Shown: positions 46,301 to 54,439 of the stretch, in pieces
Layout: each line of letters starts with the position of its first letter
Position numbering within the stretch: the first letter of the stretch is position 1
From: a virus
Taxonomy: Duplodnaviria > Heunggongvirae > Uroviricota > Caudoviricetes
IMG/VR virus record: IMGVR_UViG_3300042922_000323
Location: 1-60,976 of that record
Length of the DNA: 60,976 nt
Direction: 5' to 3' (one strand)
The notes under the pieces: model-generated
What the model was told of the DNA's origin: nothing
Database searches by the model: none
The model's input: only the letters and a program-made list of their open reading frames with translations
Position numbers and translations under genes: made by a program

Positions 46301-46441
46301 ATAATGCACAGTTCCACCAGAAGGTGTTCCAGATGTAGGCGTAAACAATGACATAGTAACAAATGTAAATCCAGATGCATTATTTTCTACTCTTCTCCAT
46401 CCTACTTCTGGTGTAAGTAATGCTTGTCCTACTATAGCCAT
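43307..46441 (-). CDS. adhesin/receptor-binding protein with two discoidin (F5/8 C)-like modules
   Basis: PKDFKLQGSNND.DW.DLD, PKDWTFEGWDG..W..LD; GLRPML scaffold end. Confidence 0.75.
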   Translation of the reverse strand: MAIVGQALLTPEVGWRRVENNASGFTFVTMSLFTPTSGTPSGGTVHYSGSNNYSTSSVSFKFIGSKLRVYSYLHPGYFDNGTIVIDGATEKFTCQYALTNFGIAYEKLNLSFGLHTVTINQGTNGSFNPLYFDCIDIDDNGKLVRLITDMLPVKNSLEEVTDIGDLISCHYAASSGAFGSFGELGTGMGIAPNSSCVPVLTSNTSSPEVVVSASNEYTGYMAYLAFNRNNVGESAWVGGGMAAARYHWLKVAFTKPRTINSYKITPYWGTGSGPKDFKLQGSNNDVDWIDLDVRTDITYSSFGSSTVAGETKTFNIASPQTFEYYRIYITANGGYNHVGITELELIGDGLKPVLPLTPTATPNGAFYWVFVGYDHLGRKLFVADRNLQHSINWDTLNSVGIISGLPTKFRVNPILTADDGNVIVSDAYSANTAGWRAFNGGSVYSNNDTWASVNKSGYIGYDFKIPTEVTSYEIWDNTNYPTASPKDWTFEGWDGSQWVVLDTRVGITWTVGAKKEFEISNPSDYSKYRLNITANGGYDGTVDLIVGELIMYKDTPRYKFTTRLLSGGISATDKSNEWDKIIVESTLDGKIPAGDNTVWNWSGLYSWTSTTSSTNTNYRAARGNSTASYRVEAVTTSLSSAYGLRPMLVVEMLNALPKLSLVVDNSAFYDDVTVTGTITDTENDDIMYRILINGSIVYNWSDSIPTPALINKQIPKEVFNIGSNTIKVECKDVTSGIKNWTTIKVIRKDMDSFYISNAQCFNNTTSLKAGGEYVAYIKVENADLSKGYIRGSSLMLNLINGNGTTGSMKVAPIITNWSSNTVTMNSLPNIDINNAVTVNVTNNTGLTDIDATALISKILGSEIFGIAIYSAGFSLDIDLFNNKLDVEYQSTILSQPAQVFGNRVIIEWRPLILIKTHAYSKTVVLRSTTANFSNATEVFSTTNRNVTSFVDNTVTKGTYYYKVVIHYIQIEDQSDLLDFDTVDEPLFTQQDDSKTVFVSGVVKLASSPYMTDTSLDFSTMDGYTTTSLVWLKDGKLAVKPMEVI

Positions 46442-46454
46442 CTATATCTCTCCT

Positions 46455-48485
46455 TTAATACCAGAAATTTGTTTGGTGAGTGCTGCCATCTGGTTCTACA
46501 TACTGCAATACAGGTCTGAATCCCAAGTAAGTCCCATTTGTAGATGATGCTGTAAAGAAGAACTTGGTTAAGCTCAGGTTAGTAGTTAACTCTAATGACC
46601 TTGCTGCCCTATATCCACTTGTAGCAGTAGTTGTATCTGTATTTCTCGCTGTTCCATTAATAGGAGTGTCCTTGCACCATGAAGCGACTTTACTCCAATT
46701 CCAAATTGAATCATTACCTGATGTTATTTTTAAATCTAAGTTACTGTTCACTATATATCTATCCCATTCGTTGGAGTCTGGATAAACACCTAACCCTTTA
46801 TCGAGTGTTGATATGCCATCTCTAAAACACAAACCAGATTCATAAAACTCAATTGAACCTAATGTGACTAATCCAGAAGAATAACCATTATTAGCAGTAA
46901 CATAAACTCTGTACATCTTGTATGCTGTGGTATTTGAGAACATAAAATATCTTTTATGATTAGAATATGTAAAAGACATATTATTACGCTCGTCTAAGTC
47001 TACCCAGTCAGAACCATTATTACTTCCTTGGAACTTCCAATTTCTTGGTGCTGTTGGTACATCGTTTACATTAGCTGTTCTTGTTTCCAACATATATCCT
47101 GATATTACAACGGGAGTGGGAAATTCATAACCTATATATTGGGGTGTTGTCGCATCAGTACCATACCAAGAAGTAGCCGAAGACTGGTCAAAACAAGTGT
47201 AAGCATCTGTTTCTGTTCCTACTGCATCACTGCTGAATACTCTCCCAAAAGGTGCTGTATTGCTCGTCATCTTTGGTACTGCTGTAACAAGTGGTGCATT
47301 GTAGTAGCCACACCCGCCAGTCATGGAGCGAATAAACATAAACGACTTATAATACCTTATTGTTTTAATAGCCATATCGTTAGAACCAGAATTTGTTGCT
47401 GTGACATTAATACGGTATTTTTTGTACTCTTTGGAATTAGCGACTGAGAAGGTTTTTACTTCGGCAGCTGTCCATGTTACATTTGTCTGTACGTTTAAAT
47501 CGTACCATGTTGTCCCATCATTACTAGCTTGGAATATCCAAGCTTTTGGACTTCTTGTAGCAGTTGTTAAATGCCCTTGAATAGAGTATATATCAACGCA
47601 TTTTGGTGTATCAAATTCGTACTGAATCCATTGTGGTAAAGGTTTAGCTTGGTCATTAAGCCAATAATCTCCATCACTAGCGGTGACCCCTCTAAAAGCC
47701 AACCATGGATAATAACCTGTCGAATATGCACTAGCAGTTACTACATCTCCTTCGGTATTATCACTAGTCATATTTTTATTTATAGTATCTGCGACAAGTT
47801 TTCCATCAATAAATCCTGCACTATTTAAAACATCCCATGTAATTGAGTGTTGTATAACCCTATCAGCTATTAATAATCCACTAGCTACCTTGATAAAATT
47901 AAATTTTCCGTCAGGAGTAGCTGAACCTGTAAAAGGAATGTCATCAGCAGTGCAAGTACCAAACTCACTAAACTCGCCAACAGTGTTCGAGGTTGTTGTT
48001 TTATATCTACAAGGAATGTAATCACCTATTTCCATATCCGCAAGAGATGTTTTTGGGTTTCCTAATATTAAAGCGATAGGACTTACTAAATACCCATCAA
48101 TATCCAAGGCATCAAATATCATCGGATTATCATTTTTCCAAGTTATAATCACACTATGAATATCATCTGGTAGACCTAATTTCTCAAAGATTAAACACTG
48201 ATATGTATTTCCAGTAGTAGGTCGAGATACAGTAGATGTTTCACTATCTATTTTGACATACACTTCACTCGTATAACCGCCCCCACCATAACTGATAAGT
48301 CTAAATTTTGTTCCTTTAAAAAGTAAATTTATAGAACCGTTACTTGAAGAAGCGTAATATGAGCCATAACAATTGGCATTGCTAGTTAAACCCCAAGTCC
48401 CTGCCAAGTTAATATTTACTGCATTATTATCATATCTTCTCCATCCAGTCTCAGGGGCTGTCAACGCTTGTCCTATCGTAGCCAT
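46455..48485 (-). CDS. adhesin/receptor-binding protein, paralog, two discoidin-like modules
   Basis: PKAWIFQASNDG.TW.DL, PRNWKFQGSNNG.DW.DLD; GFRPVL end. Confidence 0.75.
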   Translation of the reverse strand: MATIGQALTAPETGWRRYDNNAVNINLAGTWGLTSNANCYGSYYASSSNGSINLLFKGTKFRLISYGGGGYTSEVYVKIDSETSTVSRPTTGNTYQCLIFEKLGLPDDIHSVIITWKNDNPMIFDALDIDGYLVSPIALILGNPKTSLADMEIGDYIPCRYKTTTSNTVGEFSEFGTCTADDIPFTGSATPDGKFNFIKVASGLLIADRVIQHSITWDVLNSAGFIDGKLVADTINKNMTSDNTEGDVVTASAYSTGYYPWLAFRGVTASDGDYWLNDQAKPLPQWIQYEFDTPKCVDIYSIQGHLTTATRSPKAWIFQASNDGTTWYDLNVQTNVTWTAAEVKTFSVANSKEYKKYRINVTATNSGSNDMAIKTIRYYKSFMFIRSMTGGCGYYNAPLVTAVPKMTSNTAPFGRVFSSDAVGTETDAYTCFDQSSATSWYGTDATTPQYIGYEFPTPVVISGYMLETRTANVNDVPTAPRNWKFQGSNNGSDWVDLDERNNMSFTYSNHKRYFMFSNTTAYKMYRVYVTANNGYSSGLVTLGSIEFYESGLCFRDGISTLDKGLGVYPDSNEWDRYIVNSNLDLKITSGNDSIWNWSKVASWCKDTPINGTARNTDTTTATSGYRAARSLELTTNLSLTKFFFTASSTNGTYLGFRPVLQYVEPDGSTHQTNFWY

Positions 48486-48496
48486 CTATATCACCT

Positions 48497-49243
48497 CTAT
48501 ACTAAAGTTAACATCTTGGGTATGAACTTCTGTTCTCCTGGATAAAACTCTATCGGGTTAGCCATTCTCTGCCCACCAAACACTATATACAAATTACCGT
48601 TCATATGTTGGTCTGCCGAGATTATTGTATTCAATAGTACACAACCCTTCATAACATCAAATATAATATTATGAGAAATCTTGAAAGTTACAAGCTCATG
48701 TACATGCTCTTTTTCATAACCGAGAGCATAGCTAGTTACATAGTTCAACTTTTTAGTAGGGCTTCCAGAGTTCATAAAAAAATCTTCGTTATTTGTTACT
48801 ATATATTTAAAATCGTTATATGGTGGTTGGTTTACAAACGGAATATCTACATCGTCATGTGTCACAAATCCCATATAAAAAGGCTGTCCACTTATGTAAA
48901 ACTGACCTGTCTGGTCTAGTTCCATATAAAAGTAATCTCTTTCATCATTGAGTATAAGGTCTGACATCAACTCACGTGACTTTTCACCCAGTTTAAATGT
49001 CTCAGACTCCTTATCGTAAACAAAAACTAACTTCTCCCCACCATTTAAATCCATAAGCTTTTGGTAATCTAAGTTAGCAAACTTAATAACGCCACTGTCA
49101 GAACTAAACTGTGCTACCGTATCCCCGCTAGTTTCTGTTACTTTGAATTTAACTACTTTGCTTTTATCCAGTTCGGCAGATGAAGAAAACTTTTCATACT
49201 GTCTTATTACTGAACCGTCTTTCATTGTTGCAACCCAAATCAT
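48497..49243 (-). CDS. hypothetical structural-module protein
   Basis: 248 aa, RBS AGGGGG. Confidence 0.7.
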   Translation of the reverse strand: MIWVATMKDGSVIRQYEKFSSSAELDKSKVVKFKVTETSGDTVAQFSSDSGVIKFANLDYQKLMDLNGGEKLVFVYDKESETFKLGEKSRELMSDLILNDERDYFYMELDQTGQFYISGQPFYMGFVTHDDVDIPFVNQPPYNDFKYIVTNNEDFFMNSGSPTKKLNYVTSYALGYEKEHVHELVTFKISHNIIFDVMKGCVLLNTIISADQHMNGNLYIVFGGQRMANPIEFYPGEQKFIPKMLTLV

Positions 49244-49273
49244 AATACAATCCCCCTTTATATCTCATAACCA

Positions 49274-49283
49274 TAGAATAGAC
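49274..49283 (-). promoter_or_regulatory. candidate late promoter motif GTCTATTCTA
   Basis: Just after a terminator, 31 nt before start. Confidence 0.5.
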
Positions 49284-49322
49284 AAAAATAATAACACTCC
49301 CACATAAGAAGTGTTATTATTT
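49284..49322 (-). terminator. intrinsic terminator
   Basis: ATAATAACAC...GTGTTATTAT with T-run. Confidence 0.7.
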
Positions 49323-49329
49323 AAGGTTG

Positions 49330-49962
49330 TTAGCCTTGGTACTGGTAAGAGACTCTGGTTATCCACTCTACCTTACCTGCCGTTGCATTAGGTTTAACAT
49401 ATAACCTCATTTTTATCTTAGCGTAATTAGCTTTATCTGTAGCTAAGTTAGCAGTATTAGCTAATCCCTGTATAGTGCCTTTAGCACCTGACATTGAAAC
49501 GACTGGTGACTTATCATTACCACCTACTTCTCTCCAAGTAGTCGGCTTCCACGTTGTATTTGTAGAATCGTAAGTACCCCATTGTCCCGCCCCGCTATTC
49601 TTGGAACTATCAAAGAATACAACCTGTACAACTGCTTCTGTCTTACCTGCAACCGCCCCACTTGGCTGATAGGACAGGTTAGGGTCAATATTACCATTAA
49701 CGTCACGTACTAATGATAGTGTTGTAATTGTAACATTGGTCATATCACTTACAGCAGTGGTATTTCCTGTCGGGTTAGACGTTGCATCATATCTGTTATT
49801 CCAAACTAAGAAAGTTGAAGGAAATGTTGCATCATCAGGGGTGGTCGGGTCGTCAGGTCTACTGTAACTACCTGCATCAACAACACCTGCGTTCCATTCT
49901 GTTGCTTCTATTGTTGGAGTAAGCTCTGAATACCATTTAACCTTTGGTGGTTCTAGTGCCAT
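49330..49962 (-). CDS. virion structural protein
   Basis: P.V.WY...GVVDAGS..F.VWNNR pattern; beta-rich. Confidence 0.65.
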   Translation of the reverse strand: MALEPPKVKWYSELTPTIEATEWNAGVVDAGSYSRPDDPTTPDDATFPSTFLVWNNRYDATSNPTGNTTAVSDMTNVTITTLSLVRDVNGNIDPNLSYQPSGAVAGKTEAVVQVVFFDSSKNSGAGQWGTYDSTNTTWKPTTWREVGGNDKSPVVSMSGAKGTIQGLANTANLATDKANYAKIKMRLYVKPNATAGKVEWITRVSYQYQG

Positions 49963-49968
49963 ACATTA

Positions 49969-50433
49969 TCATCCTTTCGTTATGTATAATTGAAGTAAGA
50001 AGCTACTTGCCGCCCCTTTGTTTTCTATAGTGACATAGACTTGTCTTTCGCCACTTTCGTCGGTAAAAGGAATGTCCATAATGTCCCACAATACATTTAC
50101 AACTTTACCTGAGTAGTAGACGTAGTAGCCGCCATTCTCTGGATATTTAGTATATATTTTTAAATTAAATTCGCCAGTAAACTGGTTACCAGTACATTTA
50201 ATACCTCTAATAAAGCAGCTACCTGTGAACGGAAGCCAGAACGCCCTCACTTCATCGGTATCAACATTGAGGATAGTTGTTTCAATGACCTCTGGTGCTG
50301 AACCAGTAACCATCCCATTTTTAATCTCATTTATAGCTTCAACTGTATTGTCTTTGGCATCTGTTTGAAGTTTAGTTAAGTCACCGACAGCTTTTTTCGC
50401 TTTCTTTGCTTCTTGAACCGATATAGCGTCCAC
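49969..50433 (-). CDS. hypothetical structural-module protein
   Basis: 154 aa. Confidence 0.7.
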   Translation of the reverse strand: MDAISVQEAKKAKKAVGDLTKLQTDAKDNTVEAINEIKNGMVTGSAPEVIETTILNVDTDEVRAFWLPFTGSCFIRGIKCTGNQFTGEFNLKIYTKYPENGGYYVYYSGKVVNVLWDIMDIPFTDESGERQVYVTIENKGAASSFLLQLYITKG

Positions 50434-50487
50434 TTAAATCCCCCCATTCATACGTAGTGTAGACACCTAAAAGTAAATAGTAACACC

Positions 50488-50523
50488 AAACAAATAAACC
50501 CACCTGTGTTAGGTGGGTTTATA
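50488..50523. terminator. intrinsic terminator
   Basis: TAAACCCACCT-GTGTT-AGGTGGGTTTA. Confidence 0.8.
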
Positions 50524-50533
50524 ATAACTATGG

Positions 50534-51238
50534 TTAAGCTACGACAGCCGCTACTCCTGTCAGCTTGCCAGAAGTTCCATTGTAGGTGAAAGTCTTGGTA
50601 GTTGTCTTACCATCTTCCTGAACTGCTTCTGTATCAATCTTACCATTGGGGTTGTAAGTGTAGGTAATTACCCTTGCAATATCGCCAGTATATGTTACAG
50701 TCTGAATCCTGCCCAAATCATCACCTGCACCATAGTAAGTAATTACTGTGTTATAGTTGAGCTTAGTTGCATTACCGATAATAAAGGTAATAACATCACC
50801 TACCTCTAAAACATCGGCAGTATACTGAATGGTAGTTGGTGAAGCTTCAGTATAGTCACCGTTAGCTAAAATCTGAGGTACACCTTGTCTCAGTACTAAA
50901 AGGTTACCTTTACCTACTTTATATGACTTACCATTAGGTACTGTTACAACAGTGGGTTGCCCTGCTGTAATATCGGCTAACAGTATAGTATAAGTCTCAA
51001 CATCATTAAAGATAGGTGTAGTTACAGGAGCACTAGCCATAGCCATAACAGCTTCATTAACTCTCAAAATTTCGACTTCTTTAGCCACCAATTCGCCAGT
51101 AATGTCAGAGTTCATGTTTGTAATGCTAGTGTTTAAATTACTTATTGCAGTATCTGTGTTATCAAGTCTAGTTCCGAGGTTAATAACACCTTCTTTCCCA
51201 GACCCGACCTGCTTTACACTTATAGGTTTTTGAGCCAT
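50534..51238 (-). CDS. tail-fibre/baseplate protein: coiled coil, beta module, YD-like end
   Basis: G.GNLLV.RQG..Q...DYTE....IQY; YTYNPNGKI. Confidence 0.6.
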   Translation of the reverse strand: MAQKPISVKQVGSGKEGVINLGTRLDNTDTAISNLNTSITNMNSDITGELVAKEVEILRVNEAVMAMASAPVTTPIFNDVETYTILLADITAGQPTVVTVPNGKSYKVGKGNLLVLRQGVPQILANGDYTEASPTTIQYTADVLEVGDVITFIIGNATKLNYNTVITYYGAGDDLGRIQTVTYTGDIARVITYTYNPNGKIDTEAVQEDGKTTTKTFTYNGTSGKLTGVAAVVA

Positions 51239-51301
51239 TAGTCAACATCTCCTTTCAAAATCTACATGTCATATCAACCTTAGTATAGGGAAGTTCCATC
51301 T

Positions 51302-52195
51302 TTATCTAACTACGATTACAGTAATTTTCTCTATGTTACCTGCCGTATCGTATTGGTAGTCCTTGATAATAGTCTTAGACCCCTTTACCACAGTCTCCTT
51401 GGAAATATTACCTGCACTATCATAATCATATGTGGTCTCTTTAACTACACTACTATTTATAGAAACAATTTCTTGCTTTATATTACTTTGAGAATCGTAT
51501 ACATAATCTACAACATGACTAAAGCAATCCTCCCAAGAATCTGTATCTGCCGCTAAAAACTCAATTTCCTGAGTACCAACAGGTTGCGGGTCATTAAATA
51601 CTATAGTGTGACTATCCACCTCAATATACTCGGAAGGGTCAACCTTCTTACCATCTCTAAATACTAGCAGGTTCTGCATACCAGGCTGATAACTAATATC
51701 AGTCAGACTGTAGGATACCTGTGTAATATCTGTAACTGAAATAACCTCAGACTGGAATAATACTCCTATATTCTGAGTAGTAAATGGAATTACAAAGCTT
51801 TCCCAACCACTATCTTTATGTATGTAGAATGTCTTACTACCTGTAACTATGGCTATCTCATTAAATATGGGATTAGCCACCGCTAACAGTTGAGCGTATG
51901 TTGGAACAACTCTAATATTCCCAAGGCTCACATTCGTAGGTCTATACCTAATAGATATTACAGTATCTTTTTCAAGTGGGTGTTCAGTATCTAAATACTC
52001 TATTGAGTAGGGAGTTAATTCTCTAAATGCATTCTTTTGTGCAAAGACACCATTTATATACACATCTAACATTCCAAGTCCCATTATATATGGGGTGTCC
52101 CATGTTATTTGAGTTTGACCATCTACAAGTATTGGTATATCTATTCCGTACAGGGAGGCAGAATCGGTATTACCACTTAACCATTTAAGAGCCAA
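51302..52195 (-). CDS. tail-associated protein with two beta modules and YD-like end
   Basis: G.GMLDVYING, GMQNLLVFRDG; YDYDSAGNI, YQYDTAGNI. Confidence 0.6.
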   Translation of the reverse strand: MALKWLSGNTDSASLYGIDIPILVDGQTQITWDTPYIMGLGMLDVYINGVFAQKNAFRELTPYSIEYLDTEHPLEKDTVISIRYRPTNVSLGNIRVVPTYAQLLAVANPIFNEIAIVTGSKTFYIHKDSGWESFVIPFTTQNIGVLFQSEVISVTDITQVSYSLTDISYQPGMQNLLVFRDGKKVDPSEYIEVDSHTIVFNDPQPVGTQEIEFLAADTDSWEDCFSHVVDYVYDSQSNIKQEIVSINSSVVKETTYDYDSAGNISKETVVKGSKTIIKDYQYDTAGNIEKITVIVVR

Positions 52196-53239
52196 TTATA
52201 CCACCTCCAAGAAAAAGCTACATTCATCTTTCCTGAAATTAAAATCCCCGAGGTTGAAACTCGCAGGTCTTTCAATCCTTAACCAAAATAGTGTTTCACC
52301 TAAAGATTCTAGGTCAACTGTAATCGAGCTACTATACTCACCAGGGGCATATCCGAAATCATTAGATAGAGAAGCCCAGTCAGCAAATACACTATACTCA
52401 GCTACTTTTATGGTGACAGTCACAGCACCATTACCCATGTTTTTTGCTTTAAAACATTTCTCAATAACGGAATTCTGTAGGTTTCCTAAATGAGAAACTT
52501 CATCGTCTGTTAAAGGTATGTTATCTAAAGTAAATAACTCCACATTAGTAGCACAAACATATTCATCTCCGCCCCACACTCCATCAGAGCTATCCAGTAC
52601 TGTTACTAGTTCCTCTGCATCATTATAAATTTCTACGTTGCCTACAAATGGGTATAGCGGTAACACTGCATACATAGTTTCAGATGTTGCCACAGTACTC
52701 GCAAATAATGAGCTACCATTTTTAAAATCAGCACGCCATCCAGGTTGAACCGAGTATATGGTTACGGTTTCGCTCTTATATAGTCTGAGACTGTTAATAG
52801 GGTAAGGACTATCACCTTTGAGAGATATTCCTATAGTCTCTGCATTGGGAAAATGTACATAACCTTTATCACTCCACGCTCCACCATTTTCAGAACCATA
52901 CCCTGTATAGACATCCCCGTGTTTGGTAAGCTTAACAAATGGTACTTGCGAGTGGTCATTCTGCTGATAATATTCGTATAACTCTTTTTTATCAGTACCT
53001 CTAACTAAGCAAATTCCACCCATATCATATGAATATGTGGGTATGTAGGAGTTCTCAACAACTAGAATACAGTCATTAAAAGAGAAAGCGTCGAACACGA
53101 CGCTCCCTCCATTAATTATGAATTGTCCACCATCTAGCATGTAGTTGGCGTTAATTCTGAAAGGCTCGGTCAGAGTTCCCCCGCTCGTAAAGTTATTATA
53201 AGCTATACAACCACTGCTAATCCTCTTTAAAGCCTTCAT
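52196..53239 (-). CDS. virion protein, concanavalin-like beta sandwich
   Basis: Beta-rich, structural module. Confidence 0.55.
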   Translation of the reverse strand: MKALKRISSGCIAYNNFTSGGTLTEPFRINANYMLDGGQFIINGGSVVFDAFSFNDCILVVENSYIPTYSYDMGGICLVRGTDKKELYEYYQQNDHSQVPFVKLTKHGDVYTGYGSENGGAWSDKGYVHFPNAETIGISLKGDSPYPINSLRLYKSETVTIYSVQPGWRADFKNGSSLFASTVATSETMYAVLPLYPFVGNVEIYNDAEELVTVLDSSDGVWGGDEYVCATNVELFTLDNIPLTDDEVSHLGNLQNSVIEKCFKAKNMGNGAVTVTIKVAEYSVFADWASLSNDFGYAPGEYSSSITVDLESLGETLFWLRIERPASFNLGDFNFRKDECSFFLEVV

Positions 53240-53253
53240 TATACCACCACCTC

Positions 53254-53604
53254 TTACTGATTAGGCAGTACTTCGTAGTCGATAGGTACATAAATCGAGC
53301 ACCTAACATTATCAGTACCGTATACTGCAATAACCGATTTAAGGTTGGCTCTAAATTCATTATAACTGGAATATACGCTGTGTAAGAACCACGGGTCGCT
53401 ATCAAACTTACCGTTCTTATTTATCTTATTCGGGGAGGTATCAGTACTCCCGCTGTTATTAGTAACAAGTTCATAGCGAGTTCCATTACCACTAACAACT
53501 AAATCTCCATATACTTTTCCACTGTAAAACGTCTTATTACCTGTAGAGTTAATGTAATAAGGTCTTACATGAATCTGAAACATCTTTTGAAGTAAGTCAG
53601 CCAT
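53254..53604 (-). CDS. hypothetical protein
   Basis: 116 aa, RBS AAGGGAG. Confidence 0.65.
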   Translation of the reverse strand: MADLLQKMFQIHVRPYYINSTGNKTFYSGKVYGDLVVSGNGTRYELVTNNSGSTDTSPNKINKNGKFDSDPWFLHSVYSSYNEFRANLKSVIAVYGTDNVRCSIYVPIDYEVLPNQ

Positions 53605-53641
53605 CTTATTTACTCCCTTCGTAAATTAATCCTTCAACAAA

Positions 53642-53651
53642 TAGAATAGAC
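53642..53651 (-). promoter_or_regulatory. candidate late promoter motif GTCTATTCTA
   Basis: Intergenic, 38 nt before start. Confidence 0.5.
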
Positions 53652-53653
53652 CA

Positions 53654-54439
53654 TTATGGTATGTTCTCCTCAGTTTCAATAAGGAATTTCAGGTCTGTTT
53701 CGTCTAATCCATATTCTTCTTTCATCTGCCGACGCTCAACTGGTCTATGAGCATAACCATGTTTCTTGGTACGAACCCTATCTAGGTAGCTCCTGTCCTT
53801 AGAATAAGAGAACATTCCATCAGCCCCGTACTCAACAATGCGTTTACCCCAACGACTTTCAAAGTAATTAACCATGTTATCTCTTATAGTGTAGAGTACT
53901 TGAAGTCCGTTAAGCTCCATATCCTCGTTGTGCTTTGCTCTTTCACCTTCCGCCCACCATTTAAACCACCTAACAAGGTACTCATACTCCTGGGGTATTT
54001 CCTCGGTAGGTCTGCCCTCAATTAGCCATTCATCCAGAAGCCTAATCATATCATTTATAGCTGTAACTGCTCTGCTTGCCGCATAGAACCCACGGTTAAT
54101 ATGGTATAGCTGTTCAACGAACAGGATAAAGTCAAGCATAGCCTTAAATGAAATCTTCGCTTCCACGGTTAGCTCACCTTTATCATGTTCATAAGGTAAT
54201 AAATACTTAGGACGTAACTCAGCTATAGTCTCACTAAGTATACCTTGCAGACTATCTATCAAGGCTCGTTCCTCGAACTCTTCCCCTGCATGGTCATAAG
54301 AGAAGAGTTCAAGTTTAGACAAAAATAGCTTAACAACTTCATCAAGTCTTCCACGGTCTGAGCAATTACTCATGAGCCAATGTTGTATTTCATATGTTAG
54401 GGGGCTGTACAAAGTATCTAATAACATTACCATCATCAT
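53654..54439 (-). CDS. hypothetical helical protein
   Basis: 261 aa; exact start uncertain. Confidence 0.65.
   Translation of the reverse strand: MMMVMLLDTLYSPLTYEIQHWLMSNCSDRGRLDEVVKLFLSKLELFSYDHAGEEFEERALIDSLQGILSETIAELRPKYLLPYEHDKGELTVEAKISFKAMLDFILFVEQLYHINRGFYAASRAVTAINDMIRLLDEWLIEGRPTEEIPQEYEYLVRWFKWWAEGERAKHNEDMELNGLQVLYTIRDNMVNYFESRWGKRIVEYGADGMFSYSKDRSYLDRVRTKKHGYAHRPVERRQMKEEYGLDETDLKFLIETEENIP

Noticed and set aside
44500-46700. Diversity-generating retroelement acting on the CLec-like G(F/L)RP ends of the two adhesins
   Set aside because: No reverse transcriptase and no adenine-variant template repeat found in the window; the two candidate variable regions are not near-identical at DNA level. 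A TR/RT outside the window cannot be excluded.
16831-47725. Other TGTCGAA/TTCGACA heptamers (about 16831, 37843, 44612, 47719)
   Set aside because: All lie inside coding regions, lack the extended context, and match background expectation.
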